A stretch of DNA of 58,028 nt, filler included, from Circinaria calcarea (lineage: Eukaryota): assembly GCA_051942165.1 (NCBI GenBank). It is 5 parts of 5 records of this genome, joined end to end, with 100 filler letters (N's around TTAATTAATTAA, not from the genome) between each part and the next. Parts side by side here need not be neighbours in the genome. Positions count along the whole stretch, not along the records: positions 1 to 11,530 come from JAVECS010000673.1; 4 more parts are not named here. The stretch is one strand, 5' to 3'. Made by a program: the position numbers and the translations under genes. Positions 1 through 10,944 of the stretch are shown here, one piece after another (the stretch's first letter is position 1; each line of letters starts with the position of its first letter). The notes below the pieces were generated by a model that saw nothing but the letters and a program-made list of their open reading frames with translations, was not told the DNA's origin and did not search any database.

Positions 1-590
1 AATTATCTTCCAGCCGGTGCGTCGATCTACTTCAACCGAACTGACGTGCAAAAGGCAATCAATGCGCCTATGCAGCAATGGGAAGAATGCTCTAGTCAAG
101 ATGTGTTTGTCAATGGCAGCGACAAATCTCCACCTAGTGGATTGTCCGTCCTTCCCAGCGTCATCGAACGGACGAACAAGACCATCATCGCCCATGGGAT
201 GCTTGACTATATTCTCATTGCCAATGGGACGTTACTCATGATTCAGAATATGACTTGGAACGGCGCTCAGGGCTTCCAGACCGCACCTTCGGACGAATTC
301 TTCGTTCCATACCATATTGACTATAGCCTTAGCACATTGGCAGGCGCTGGAGTTTTTGGAACTACTCATACCGAGAGAGGTCTTACGTTTGTTACGGTCA
401 ACTTGAGCGGGCATAGTATGTAACGGCTCCTCAAAACTAGAAATCACCGCAGGCTGACTGGATTTCAGTGGTTCCGCAGTATGCACCGTCGGCTGCTTAT
501 CGGCAACTGGAGTTCCTACTGGGAAGAATAGACAGCCTAACGCAGACGGGGGACTTTACAACGCAGACCGGAAATTTCACGCGAAGGTGA
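1..590 (+). CDS. Serine carboxypeptidase (peptidase S10 family), 3' portion; 5' end cut off by the window edge
   Basis: Frame 1 reads [14 protein letters not shown]...HGMLDY...[17 protein letters not shown]...[12 protein letters not shown]. Removing intron 416-468 (GTATGT..GCTGAC..TTTCAG) restores the catalytic-His motif [26 protein letters not shown] at 588-590. Confidence 0.9.
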
Positions 591-869
591 TGAGAGCAAC
601 TGATGGCATGGATTCAGGATCTGGTGAACATGGTAATTGGGCTGTAGAGGATAGCAAGTTATTCCGTGCTTGTCAGGAAAAGCTACATATATGGGACAAG
701 TAGGCCTGATACCATTGTACATACCCTAGCCAACAAGATCAGTCAGGCGACACCGAAATACATCGCCATCGAGTTCCTGTCCCGGTCAAAGTGCAATACC
801 TGCATAGCCAATGTATGATTTAAGTGTGTACAGTAGTCTCCATCCAGTCTCAGTACTTTCTAATTCCCA

Positions 870-900
870 TGACGTCAGTGCCGGTTTCCCCCCTACGTCA
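870..900. promoter_or_regulatory. CRE (TGACGTCA) plus CCCCT (STRE-like) and a TACGTCA half-CRE upstream of the small hydrophilic gene
   Basis: TGACGTCA at 870-877 and CCCCTACGTCA at about 890-900, 150-180 nt before the ATG at 1050. Function is inferred from known fungal ATF/CREB and Msn2-type sites. Confidence 0.4.
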
Positions 901-1049
901 CACATCCCCGTTCAAAATCCCCAAGACCCCATACCTCTTACCATAGCAAACCACTGTTTCACAACTTTGGCCATCATCTACCAACAAAACAACTTTCAAA
1001 AGCCATTCCTTTAGTTCACAACTCCGGAACAGCAAGCTCACCACTAATC

Positions 1050-1660
1050 ATGTCCGCCGAGTATGATGGCCAAGACCCTCTCGCCCTCGCTGAACAAGCA
1101 GAACGAGACCTCAACTCACATACTGCGAAGCATGGACATGGAGGGAGTCTGTCCGGTACTTCCCCATCTATCCGCCGCCCTCCTCTTAAGACTGCTTTGT
1201 AAAAAACACGTCGCTGACGCTAAACCTCGGGACAGTCGACGATTCGGGCGTGGATGAGAGCGCCACAAATAAGTTCCCGGGCAGTACAGTAACGGTTGGA
1301 TCCGCAGCTTCAGGCGCCGGTAATAACCGGGAGATTCCGGTTGAGGAGGGAGGGGATGTGAAGGAGACTGGGGAGTAAGTTCCTGTTGTCTTAACCTCTG
1401 CATTCATACCCATGGTTCTTTGGTTGCTGCACGACTCGGTAGCGGTCAATTTGATGAGCGCCAACGAGTGTTTACTAATGTGACTTTCTCGGCATAGGGT
1501 GACTAAGGCTAAAGACTTCGAAGGGCTAGGCGGGCCGGAGACAAAACGGAAGCTATACGAGGAGGCGCATCCAGGGAACGATGATGTGCTGGGAAACGTG
1601 AGGCAGGGTGGGAATGAGAGGAGACCAGGAGACCTTAAGCCTCAGCCGACGGTTGTGTAA
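1050..1660 (+). CDS. Small Gly/Glu/Asp-rich hydrophilic protein (~135 aa, 3 exons), probably a conserved fungal stress/conidiation-type hypothetical; absent from the ORF track
   Basis: Exons 1050-1155, 1236-1374 and 1498-1660 have GT-AG borders and branch sites. They splice in frame (408 nt) to MSAEYDGQDPLALAEQAERDLNS...DSGVDESATNKFPGSTVTVGSAASGAGNNREIP...TKAKDFEGLGGPE...QPTVV*. Confidence 0.8.
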
Positions 1661-2241
1661 GGTCCAAGGCCGGTAGAGACGGAAAGAACTGCCACGCTGC
1701 CGCTGCTGGATAAAGGGCTTCTTTGCATCGGCAACAGGCATGGTAGCATTGACCGAGACTCTGTTCCAATATATATGTGATAATAATTGCCATGTGGTAG
1801 GGGTGGGGGGTGGGGGTATGATGACCACCGTACAAAGTCAGCCACAGTTCTTCAACGTCAGCACATACCCTTGACCTGAGATAGCTCACAGAGAACTGAA
1901 TATCTGGACTCGATGAAGATACCACAGTAAGCATATTCGCCATGGCATATCAGGAGAACACGCAGCGTAGGAGCAAATGGTAAGACGGCAGAAAAGTATA
2001 TTCAAATGTGTGATTGCGTGAAGACCTTCAGGTTGTCTGTTTCATATGCCACGGTGAGAAGAGAAATTTCCTCACAGTGCTCCATTGTCTTGATGCTTCG
2101 CAAGTCTTTTATTCAAGATCCGTGGACAGAGGCAGAAGCATTTCCATCCACTAACGTGACATGTGCTGCATCCATGCTTCCCACACCAGTCCTGGCACGC
2201 AACGGGACATATCCCGTCAAATGCCTTCACGGTCGTCGCCT

Positions 2242-3039
2242 TCATGCGCCTCCCGTCTCAATCCTGACTCCGCAATTCCTCAGGATATCATCCCTCTCGG
2301 AAGTGCTTTCCAATCCGCTAGTCCACCACTGATAACTCCCATCAGGCGTCCAAAAGTACCACGCATCGATGTTTGCTTCAACATACAGCCCGGCTGGAGT
2401 GCCATCGGCTTCTACCCTGCCTCCGAACCGTTGATTCAACTGTGTGGCTATCTCTGCACTACTCAGCTCGGAATGCAACATCAAAACAACAATGTAATCT
2501 TCTCGGGTTTGCGAGCGCCAGTCGGGGGGATCGAGGATCCCGTTGCTTCGAAGGATGGCTTGGACTGACAAATCACGAATAGGCTGTGCTTGCCAGTGGA
2601 TCCTAGAACAGTTATTAGTCAAGACTACGACGCAGTCAGGTAAATTTCGACTTTGAACGAGAAAAGAGGGTTTCTAGCAGCAAGTATAGAGTTAACAGAT
2701 ACGGTGACCGAGGGTCCTTGATGGATTTGGAAATGTCATCGAAGAAGGACAGACGGAGACGTGGTGCAAAGCGTTGCCGACTTACCACGCTGGTTCAGGT
2801 AGGCATGGGCTGGTCAACCTCGCCTGATCGCTTGGTGACAGTGTCCCACTCAGTTTATGGATTTTGTAGCCAAGACTCTTCTTGGTGAAGCCTGTGCTAC
2901 CATTGGCTAACAGTAACTTATAGATTTCGCCTCTCTTGAGCATCGCATGAATGCTAAGGACGCAAATAGTATTCAGTTCCTCATCGGAGTACTTATGCCC
3001 ACTGGTGTTGTGGACAGAGTTTGTCCACATGACCGACAT
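2242..3039 (-). CDS. Uncharacterised protein with two tandem Myb/HTH-like repeats, copy A (~204 aa, 2 exons)
   Basis: Exon 1 is 3039-2786, the intron is 2785-2603 (GTAAGT..ACTAAT..TTCTAG) and exon 2 is 2602-2242. The junction reads AW|IHW, the same position and phase as in the paralog at 8104-9459. The start codon is inferred. Confidence 0.7.
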
Positions 3040-3321
3040 TGATGTTGAAGGGTCTGGGGCTTTTTCTCTGTTCGCCACTGAGTTAGGCAAAGAGGGATTC
3101 TTAAGTTCTGGCAAGCTTCAGAGCTCAGACTGTTGTCACCGTTAGAGGTGTCCGTTGAGAATACGAAGGAGTTTGTTAAGAGGCAGCCGGTTTCGAAGAG
3201 TCTAGTGAGAGGAAAATATGGGTAATGGAGAATGATTACGGAGGTAGCGTTGAAGATAGTAAAAAGCTGACTATGTACTGAAGGCAAACGAGTTGGGAGT
3301 GAATCACTTGCTGCATATTTG

Positions 3322-3439
3322 ACTAACTAAACTACCGTACAGCGAAAAGGCTTTCCTGTGGTGTGAGAGGTGTTGAGCATTGACCTTACGGAACCGAAAA
3401 CGACACGTGGTTTGGTAAGCCCTATGCTTTCCAACACTT
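3322..3439. repeat. Conserved non-coding element with a foldback hairpin (copy 1; copy 2 at 38247-38358)
   Basis: Colinear similarity to 38247-38358. Hairpin AGGTGTTG-AGCAT..CTTAC / GTAAG..ATGCT-TTC-CAACACTT at 3368-3439. Confidence 0.6.
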
Positions 3440-4499
3440 TTGCACGTGCTTTCTCGGTTGTACCCCCTTTTCCAGTGTTTCACCCCGGAGGATTGTTTTG
3501 GCTAGATAAAGGCTCGGTAGAACCATCGAGATTCAGTTCATCACCAACGCTTGCCCCGGCGCTTCTTTAAGCCGGGTCCTTGTACTTTGATGTCGATGTG
3601 CTGGAGCTACACCCTTGTTTCTCCCCCTTTCTCCATGCAGACAACATTGGTATTTTAGCCTACAGGTAACAAACAGGCGTCTCGACGAGTTTCTGGGGAA
3701 GTGGGGTTATATGGGACTTTGCAATTCAGTGGGGTGCCCTCGAAAAACTCAACGTCAGGTGGGAGCTCAATTCCAATGATAATCCGCACGTCTTTCTCTG
3801 GTCAGTATCCGTCAGATCATCTTGCGTGTTTCTCGAACGTTGAGACTCTTCGTTACTTTGATATACCTTGCAGATGGAGGCAGGAATTGATCATTCAAAG
3901 CTCGATTGCCGATCGAAGTAATAAAAATCGTTATATGATCGTGGTGTCGACTTTAACTCATCTTCAGTCTCAGGTAGCAACGTGTCCAATGGTCCGTTGA
4001 TTAGGTGACTCCTATAAGTCAGGTACAAAACGCTATTTTCAAGCCATGCTGACTCAGTTCCATTCCTCGACCTACATTCGTGTCTCGATACTTCTCGCCG
4101 TTGACAAAGTTCCCTCGAACATCACACCGGATCTCAAAAGCTGCCTGGAAGTGCTATTCGCGAATCCTCTCCATTTCCCCCGGTCTAAACTCTTTAATGG
4201 GGGGTTACTGCCTTTTTACCTCCGCGCTCTCACACGTTGTCTATACCGGCATACTTCCGTTCTCATTCTTATATTACTGTTCTTTAAAACCTCTTGCAAA
4301 CGTGTTTCCATATCCCTCATGCTATGCCTGCTTTCTATACCCCTACTCTTACAACCCTAATCTTACACGCTTACTCCGACAACCGTACGAGCTACCCCTA
4401 TGCTGACACCTCGAGAAGTTGAATTGGACCAGACTGCGAGTGCGGGTTTTCAATAACGCCCATAATCGACAGAAATGATTTCAAGGCAGTGCATCACGG

Positions 4500-6050
4500 C
4501 ACTCAGGTTGGGAATCGTCAATAGATAAATTTTCGTCTCGAAAATAAGAGGTGTAAAGCTGAAAATGAGAGCTTTTTAATCGTTCGTATTCCCAAGATAA
4601 CTGTGCACAGTGCCATAATTGATATTTCTTAACGTCTCACCCTCTTTTTCAGCAATGTTCCAATACTTCCAAACACGACGAGATTTTCGACTCGGTTATA
4701 AGCCTCGGTAGAAACATCAACGCTATGTTTTTCAATTAGAATTGGTTTTCGGGCGACTATGCCCAACACGATCAACCTTGGAGATTTCCGTGAAAATTAC
4801 GGTATTGCAAATGGATTCCTTATGTAGCTAGGAACCAAACGGGTTTTTCAATATATTATCGGAATCTCGTGTTTGCGCTGAGTTGTCCTAAACGATAAAA
4901 TCCGGGAAAATATCGTGATTCATACTTGCCGCGTACCGATATTACTTTCCTCCCGCTCCAGTCTTGAAAAAGGACGGCGGTAAAAATTTAACGTTTAATT
5001 TTGTACCGCCGTTTCTTTTTTCAACGAGATACCGAAACGAGTTCTACTGCTTTGCAAAATTGGCTTCTCGGAAAATAAAATTAAAACTTCGAAAACCCGA
5101 AAAAATTATGAACGAGAATTAAGAATATACTTTGGTACTGATTAAATATAAAAATAAAACCATCTCCAAAACACGAATTGCGAAAAGTTCTTTTCCGATC
5201 GTGGGTGGGACTTTTCCCTTCCAAATTCCGGTTTTTCTTTCGAACTCGTTACCGTAAGCAAGCTGATTGCTTGGGAATTTCCAATAAGGTCTTCGCTTTG
5301 ACGAGTGTTTCTCTCATTCGATATATCGGTAAGAATTTTGAATTTACTGAATAAGAAATCTCGAGTTGGTGCCGGTTCCTAAAAATTATGGGATATTGGA
5401 TTCGGGAAATATGATTTCACCTAAATATTTTCCCCGCGACAACGCTGGGCGATTATTTATCGATGATCATTTTCGATTGGTATTCCGATTCGAAGGAAAC
5501 CAATCTCGGCAGTGCCGGGATACGGCTGGCGGTGTTGTTTATTTATTCATTTAAAAATCGAGGGTACGCTTTCCGGGATTTAGCTGCAGTAGCTTCGTGA
5601 TATTCTTACCCGTTTTCCCGGGAACCGTCGATATTCGCCGTTGGAGTTGATGGGTCGCTAAGCGGAACGCCCACGAAAAGTTAATATGATGATCTTTGGT
5701 GCTTTTGGAAAAATGGAAAGGAAAACGGTATACGGTCGTAAACGGAAGGTACTGATACATTAGTAAAACCTAACCAGGGAGAATTCACCTCCCACAGGGC
5801 TGGGATAGCTTCACTTCCCGAAACGAGCGAGGATGAAAAAAGGTTAGGGAGACCAAACCACCGGGGAAATTTACAGAAGCCAAAGCTTTTGTATCAGCAA
5901 CCCGGTTATTGCTATTCGAGGCTGCTTTTCGACCAATTGCACTACTATCGTTTAGTACATGCGTAGTAGCTGGCTTTGAGAGTTTTCACTTACATCGGTA
6001 TATCGATACCTATCGATTTTTTCGTTCTCAAACCTTTTCCCCCTACCCCC
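4500..6050. other. AT-rich, apparently hypermutated tract (RIP-like relic of a repeat or gene)
   Basis: No ORFs of note. By eye it is rich in AA/TT runs and keeps CG dinucleotides, unlike its flanks. No transposase motif is recognisable. Confidence 0.45.
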
Positions 6051-6270
6051 CACTAAGATAGCTTAGATTGAGGTCGCCTGCTGGTTTCGAAATCCGCTTC
6101 GGTAGATCATATATACTCCCTAAAACATTCTGGTGAGTGGGGGGGGGGGCGAGGTAAGCATTACCAAACGACCTCCCTCGAGTTCCTTTGTCAACTTCCA
6201 CACTTCTCTTCACTATTCGTTTTTCTCCACCCCCCCCCCCGAATACGCTTGAGGTTGGCGGTTTAGGTGA

Positions 6271-6350
6271 AGGGAGCCAGCCTTGAGATGAGGGAGCCAG
6301 CCTTGAGATAAGGGGAGCCAGCCCTCAGAGGAAGGCAGCCAGCCTTGAGA
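6271..6350. repeat. Minisatellite, 4 copies of a ~20-22 nt unit GGGAGCCAGCCTTGAGAT
   Basis: AGGGAGCCAGCCTTGAGATG / AGGGAGCCAGCCTTGAGATAA / GGGGAGCCAGCCCTCAGAGGAA / GGCAGCCAGCCTTGAGA. Confidence 0.85.
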
Positions 6351-8103
6351 AAAAGGGGGGAATTGGTTACCATATACCTTGGCACACGAAGTTCAAGGAG
6401 ACGTTCCTGGATAGCTGATATTCGATCTTACTTTAAAAACCCGCCTTCACTGCCGTAGCAATTCAGGACTGCCATTCTCATTCGCTCGATAACTGCTCCG
6501 GGACCCTCCTTCGCTGTGACATCCCCGCCTCTGAAGGCTGTTTGCGAACACCCACAGTCAAAACTCGTACCGTTCTTCGGTTTTTTTTCTCTCCATCTAC
6601 CTTGAGTTCCCGCTTCATAGCCAAGGTACCCCTTCCACCAAACTTTTGCAACACCTTTCCCCACCGGATTTGCCGCAAGAACAGCTCTGGAAAAGGAGTT
6701 TCGAAAGTCTTGGTTCCGAGAACGCGCGCTCGGGAAATCTACTTCCGGGAAAACTGGACTCCCACCGACGGCTGAGGAACATTGGGCAGGTGTGGTAGAC
6801 GACCATGGTTTGGAGAAGGTTGTTTTGAAAGGAAACCCTTTGCCCCGGAATCACATCCGAGAACAAAAACTCATATCCTACCACCGCCTCCGCTAGCAAG
6901 CGCCCGCTGCCAACAGGCTCGAGACGATGCTCAATGGATCAATATCTCGCCAGGTCAATCGATCCATCAAGAGAAGATCCTCCACCCAACTGAATTTTTT
7001 TCAATTCCTCTCATGTTCCGTATTCCTGAACCCCATCCTCACAGGAAAAGCTCTCATTTGTAAAATGCATCCCTACCGAACTCTCTCTTTTGACTTTTCC
7101 AGCTGTCCGCTCTTTGGATTTTTCAAATCGATTCGCCAATCAAGTTTCTTTTCTCTTCTTGTTTCCACTTCTCAACTTCTCGTTTTGTTTGCCACCGTTC
7201 TTCCCCTTTTTCTTCCAGCATGTCCCATCACCGTACATCCATTGCAAGGTCATAACGCCCACCCCCCGTCTTCACCAAGATACCCTACCGACTCTCTCTT
7301 TTTGACTTTTTAATCCTTTGCGATCGTTTTGATGTATTTCTGCATGCGAAATTGTGATTTTTCTGATGCTTCACGCGTTCTTATACGCATTTGTTCGCTT
7401 CTGCGAGGACAAGCAGACTTTGCACTTTCCACTCTGTTTGCTGATATTCGTTCACCACCTTTTCCCTTTCCCTCTGCATTCACCTTTTCCATTCCCATCC
7501 ACTCCCGTTCTTTTCTTCTCGGTCTCTTTTCTTTCCATTTCCTCACTTTCCAGCGCTTTCCAAGCTTCTCATACCCATTCCATCCTTCCTTTTTCGCATC
7601 GGTCTTCTTTCCTCTTTCTCTATTTGTTTATCCATCTTCAGATCCTTTGTTTCCCTACTGGTTTTCTCCTTCGACTCCTCCTCCAATGGGCTTTTTGCCT
7701 TCTCGGCACCCACTTTTACCTTCTCATAGACACATCTTCCCTCTCTTGATCGCTTCCCTATCCCCACTCGTGCAGGGGCCGAACCAAATATTGTTGTGAG
7801 TCCGAGCATATCATCGCGGTTACTCGGACCTAAGTTCATGGTACAGGACGTATTGTGGCAACTGCCTCGAAATGGATCGTCCCAGTGACCTGCACAAGGC
7901 AATTCGGATGCTTAGGCCCCTCATGTGTAGGCTGTCGCCAAGGTCGTATATGGTTGTTGAACAGCAGGGTACACGGTAAGGATGGGGAAGTGGTATTCGA
8001 GAGTTGCTTTCGGCCATCTTATCTTCTTGGAATTTCTTGAGTGTTCTATTTTCACGTTTCAACTTTCCCCTCCTTCACATCGCCCTCTCAAACAATCTAC
8101 CTA

Positions 8104-9459
8104 CTATTCGCTTGCCATGATCGTATCCCCATCTCCCTCTTTCTCCCAATCCACCTGTTCCTCCTCGTCCTCCACCCCAACCCGACACCTCCTCAAAATA
8201 TCTTGGACCTCCGCGTCCGCCGCTCCGGCCGTCATCCACCAGCCCCAAGAGCCTTCCACCAAGGCCTCGAGCTCGTCAAACTTCTTGCTGACCGTTTCGG
8301 CCGTATATCGGTCCTTGCCCTCTTTCCGGAAGCAGCGGTTCATCTTTCGAGCGACGAGCTCATCGGAAAGGTTGCCGTAGAGGACGAGGATGACGAGGTA
8401 GTCGTCGTGGATTTGGGTGGGCCAGGTGGGCGGGTCGAGGATGTAGTAGCGGCGGAGGATCGTTTGGACGGCGATAGACTGCGGCGTCAAGGAGGACCAG
8501 TGGATCCTAGAGGTTGAAGGTGAAGAAGGTTAGTATTTTGTGCAGAACTTGAGAAGGCTCCTGGTTGTTTTTGACGTGGCAGGGTAGGAGACTAGTGAGA
8601 GGGAACGGGCGTATTTGAGAACAGGAAGAGCGAAATGGATAGTAACAGAAAGAAGACGTTGAAAAGCTGCTTGGGATTGCAAGGAAGTAAAGATGAGAGA
8701 ACAACAGCAGAAAGGAGCAGATGCAAACACCTCTCACTACAAGGTGTAAATTGAGTCAAGCACACACAGAATCCATCAGGACACTCAAACACCCAAGCAC
8801 ACCTCCTGTGCAAATACCACAGAAACAAAGTTACCCCCATCACAGAACAGAGCATACGCAGATTCAACATTGTCCAAGCGAAACACCCAACTATCAACCC
8901 CAGCAAACCCCCTTCTTCTGCCTCCCGTACAGAACCAAAACCGCACCCAAGAGACCCAAGTAAAAAAAGAAAAGAAAAGCGTACAGAACTACAAATTCGA
9001 CCCCGAATAGCCACCTCCACACTCCCCCAGGCAAAACGCCCTCCTCCCCCATCCCTCCAAAAAGGGACGCTCCAAAACACCACACCCCTCAAAAATATAA
9101 CATAAAAACCAAAAGCACCCAAGAAAAAAAACTCACCACAACGCATCCTCCACCGCCCCAACCTCCTCATCCTTCCTCCTCATCCTCTCGCTCAGATACT
9201 GCGTCCCGTTCAGCGTGCGGAGCTTATGACTGACGACCTTGGCATCTTTGCCCGGCGGCCCGAGGGAAGTCTGCATGGCGCGGCCGATGCCGGCGTAGGA
9301 GAGGCGCGCGTGGATGCGCAGCACGCAGAGGTCGTCGAGCTCTTGGGGGAGCCAGGTGTGGGTGCGGGGACGATGATGTGGTGGTGGTGGTGGAGGAGGT
9401 GGATTAGGGGGAGCTGAGGTGGATGAGAGGGCGTTGATGGAAGTGAAGGCGGTGGACAT
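8104..9459 (-). CDS. Uncharacterised protein with two tandem Myb/HTH-like repeats, copy B (~241 aa, 2 exons)
   Basis: Exon 1 is 9459-9137 (MSTAFTSIN...HTWLPQELDDLCVLRIHARLS...), the 630-nt intron is 9136-8507 (GTGAGT..ACTAAC..CTCTAG) and exon 2 is 8506-8104. The junction reads LW|IHW. Paralogous to 2242-3039. Confidence 0.7.
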
Positions 9460-10944
9460 GGTTTTTCCCTTCTGGCTTGCCGGGCTGGCGTGTGGGCTTC
9501 CTGGTTGAGAAGGAGAAAGACAAAAGGGAGGAGGTAGACAGATAGGGAGCAAGAGTATCCTCGACTACTTTTTTTCTTTGCAAAGAACGGAAAGACTCCG
9601 ACAAGCTTTTTCGACGTCTGATTGTGAGAGTGATGATGTTGGGGGCTTTGGCAATAGTCAGAAGAAGCATGAACGCGAGACCAAGCATTCACGTCCACAG
9701 GTTACAATTCGCTAGAATGTGCGTGTGGGCTGATGTGAACATGCACTACGCCCTACCGGAGCCATTTAAACGAGGACGGATTAACTAGGGTATGGGGGGT
9801 TGATTGGAACATAACACGTCCTCCCCCCCCCCTCCGGCTGTGTTGAAGGTCCGGGTCAGGTAAGATATAAGCGAGGATATAGGAGAGGAGTTATAACACA
9901 CGAAAGCCTGTGAGAGTTTTCAGGACAAGGCCGCAAGAATAAAAGGAGGCTGCTGATGGGGATCTGAGGATGTCTAATGAGGTGAGACAAAGGGTATGAT
10001 ATACTGAACTTTTAAGAACTGAATGATGAGCAGATTGTCTACTGTTTTGGCTGGATGAAGTCTTCCCCTGCCCCCTTCAATACATAACGAAGAGGAAATG
10101 GAAGGATAGGAAGAGTTCAGAAAGACCTCTGATTGAAGCTCGCCTCACCTCTCAATCAGCCATCTCCAGATCGAAAGGGTGTCGTCAAAGCCGGCGTACT
10201 CCAATAAACTACCAAAGAACAAGACACGAATCCCGAAGACTCTGGAACAGATATTTCCAGTAGCTATCGGCGCGATGGAGGGGCTGTAACAAATTGGAAA
10301 AGTGGGGGGGAAAAGAGAAAAGGAGGTCAATAAAGGGGCGTCGTCGGGGGAGAGGAGAGGGACCTCACTATCTCAACAATATCTTGCACATTATAAATCC
10401 ACGGACGTCAGCCACGCCGTAATCATGACTGGAAGGTCAATTGATCCATTGATACAAGAAAAGGGAGATGAAATGCTTCAAGAGCATGGGGGTAAGACTT
10501 CCGGTCGTACATCACTAGAATCTAAAAAGAAGTATCAGAATGCAGTCATCGTGATAGGTGGTCCACCCAATTAGTCTCTCGAGTATCAAGGAGACACGAG
10601 TCAGGAATATGAACAACCGTCCCCGTGAATTCATGCAAGATAGGTTAGGAATATGGCTGCCAGTCGCCCTCAGTCTAGAGTCGCAGTAAAATAAATGTCT
10701 GAAGGTGGTTATATGACAAAACTGCAATATGCGAAGGTTGTATACGCATGCGCTCCCGCGTATGCACAGCGGTCATGGTGGTTTGCCGTCCCAAGCACTA
10801 ATGTATATCTATAGGATGTCGAGTAAACGTCCACCCGGTCATGGTATCTTGCACAAGGGGTCTAACATACACGAAGAGAACATGTAGAGCGTTCGCTCAC
10901 CAATATGATTCCAACGTTTCACTATGTGTAAGTATACCCAGATT

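Noticed and set aside
3341..3415. Reading the shared element as CxxC-UGA (AFLWCERC*A / AFMVCRKC*A), i.e. selenocysteine or readthrough
   Set aside because: The phase relative to the putative acceptor differs between the copies, no coherent flanking exons were found, and Dikarya are not known to encode Sec machinery. Nucleotide-level conservation explains the pattern.
3392..3459. Alternative hairpin with two CACGTG boxes overlapping the shared element
   Set aside because: It is present only in copy 1 and is not conserved in copy 2.
6271..6350. CRISPR-like array
   Set aside because: There are no unique spacers or cas genes, and the context is eukaryotic.
6927..7902. Phe/Ser/Leu-rich and Lys/Arg/Glu-rich ORFs of 70-156 aa
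   Set aside because: They are by-products of a polypyrimidine-skewed intergenic or 3' UTR tract and show no domain signal.
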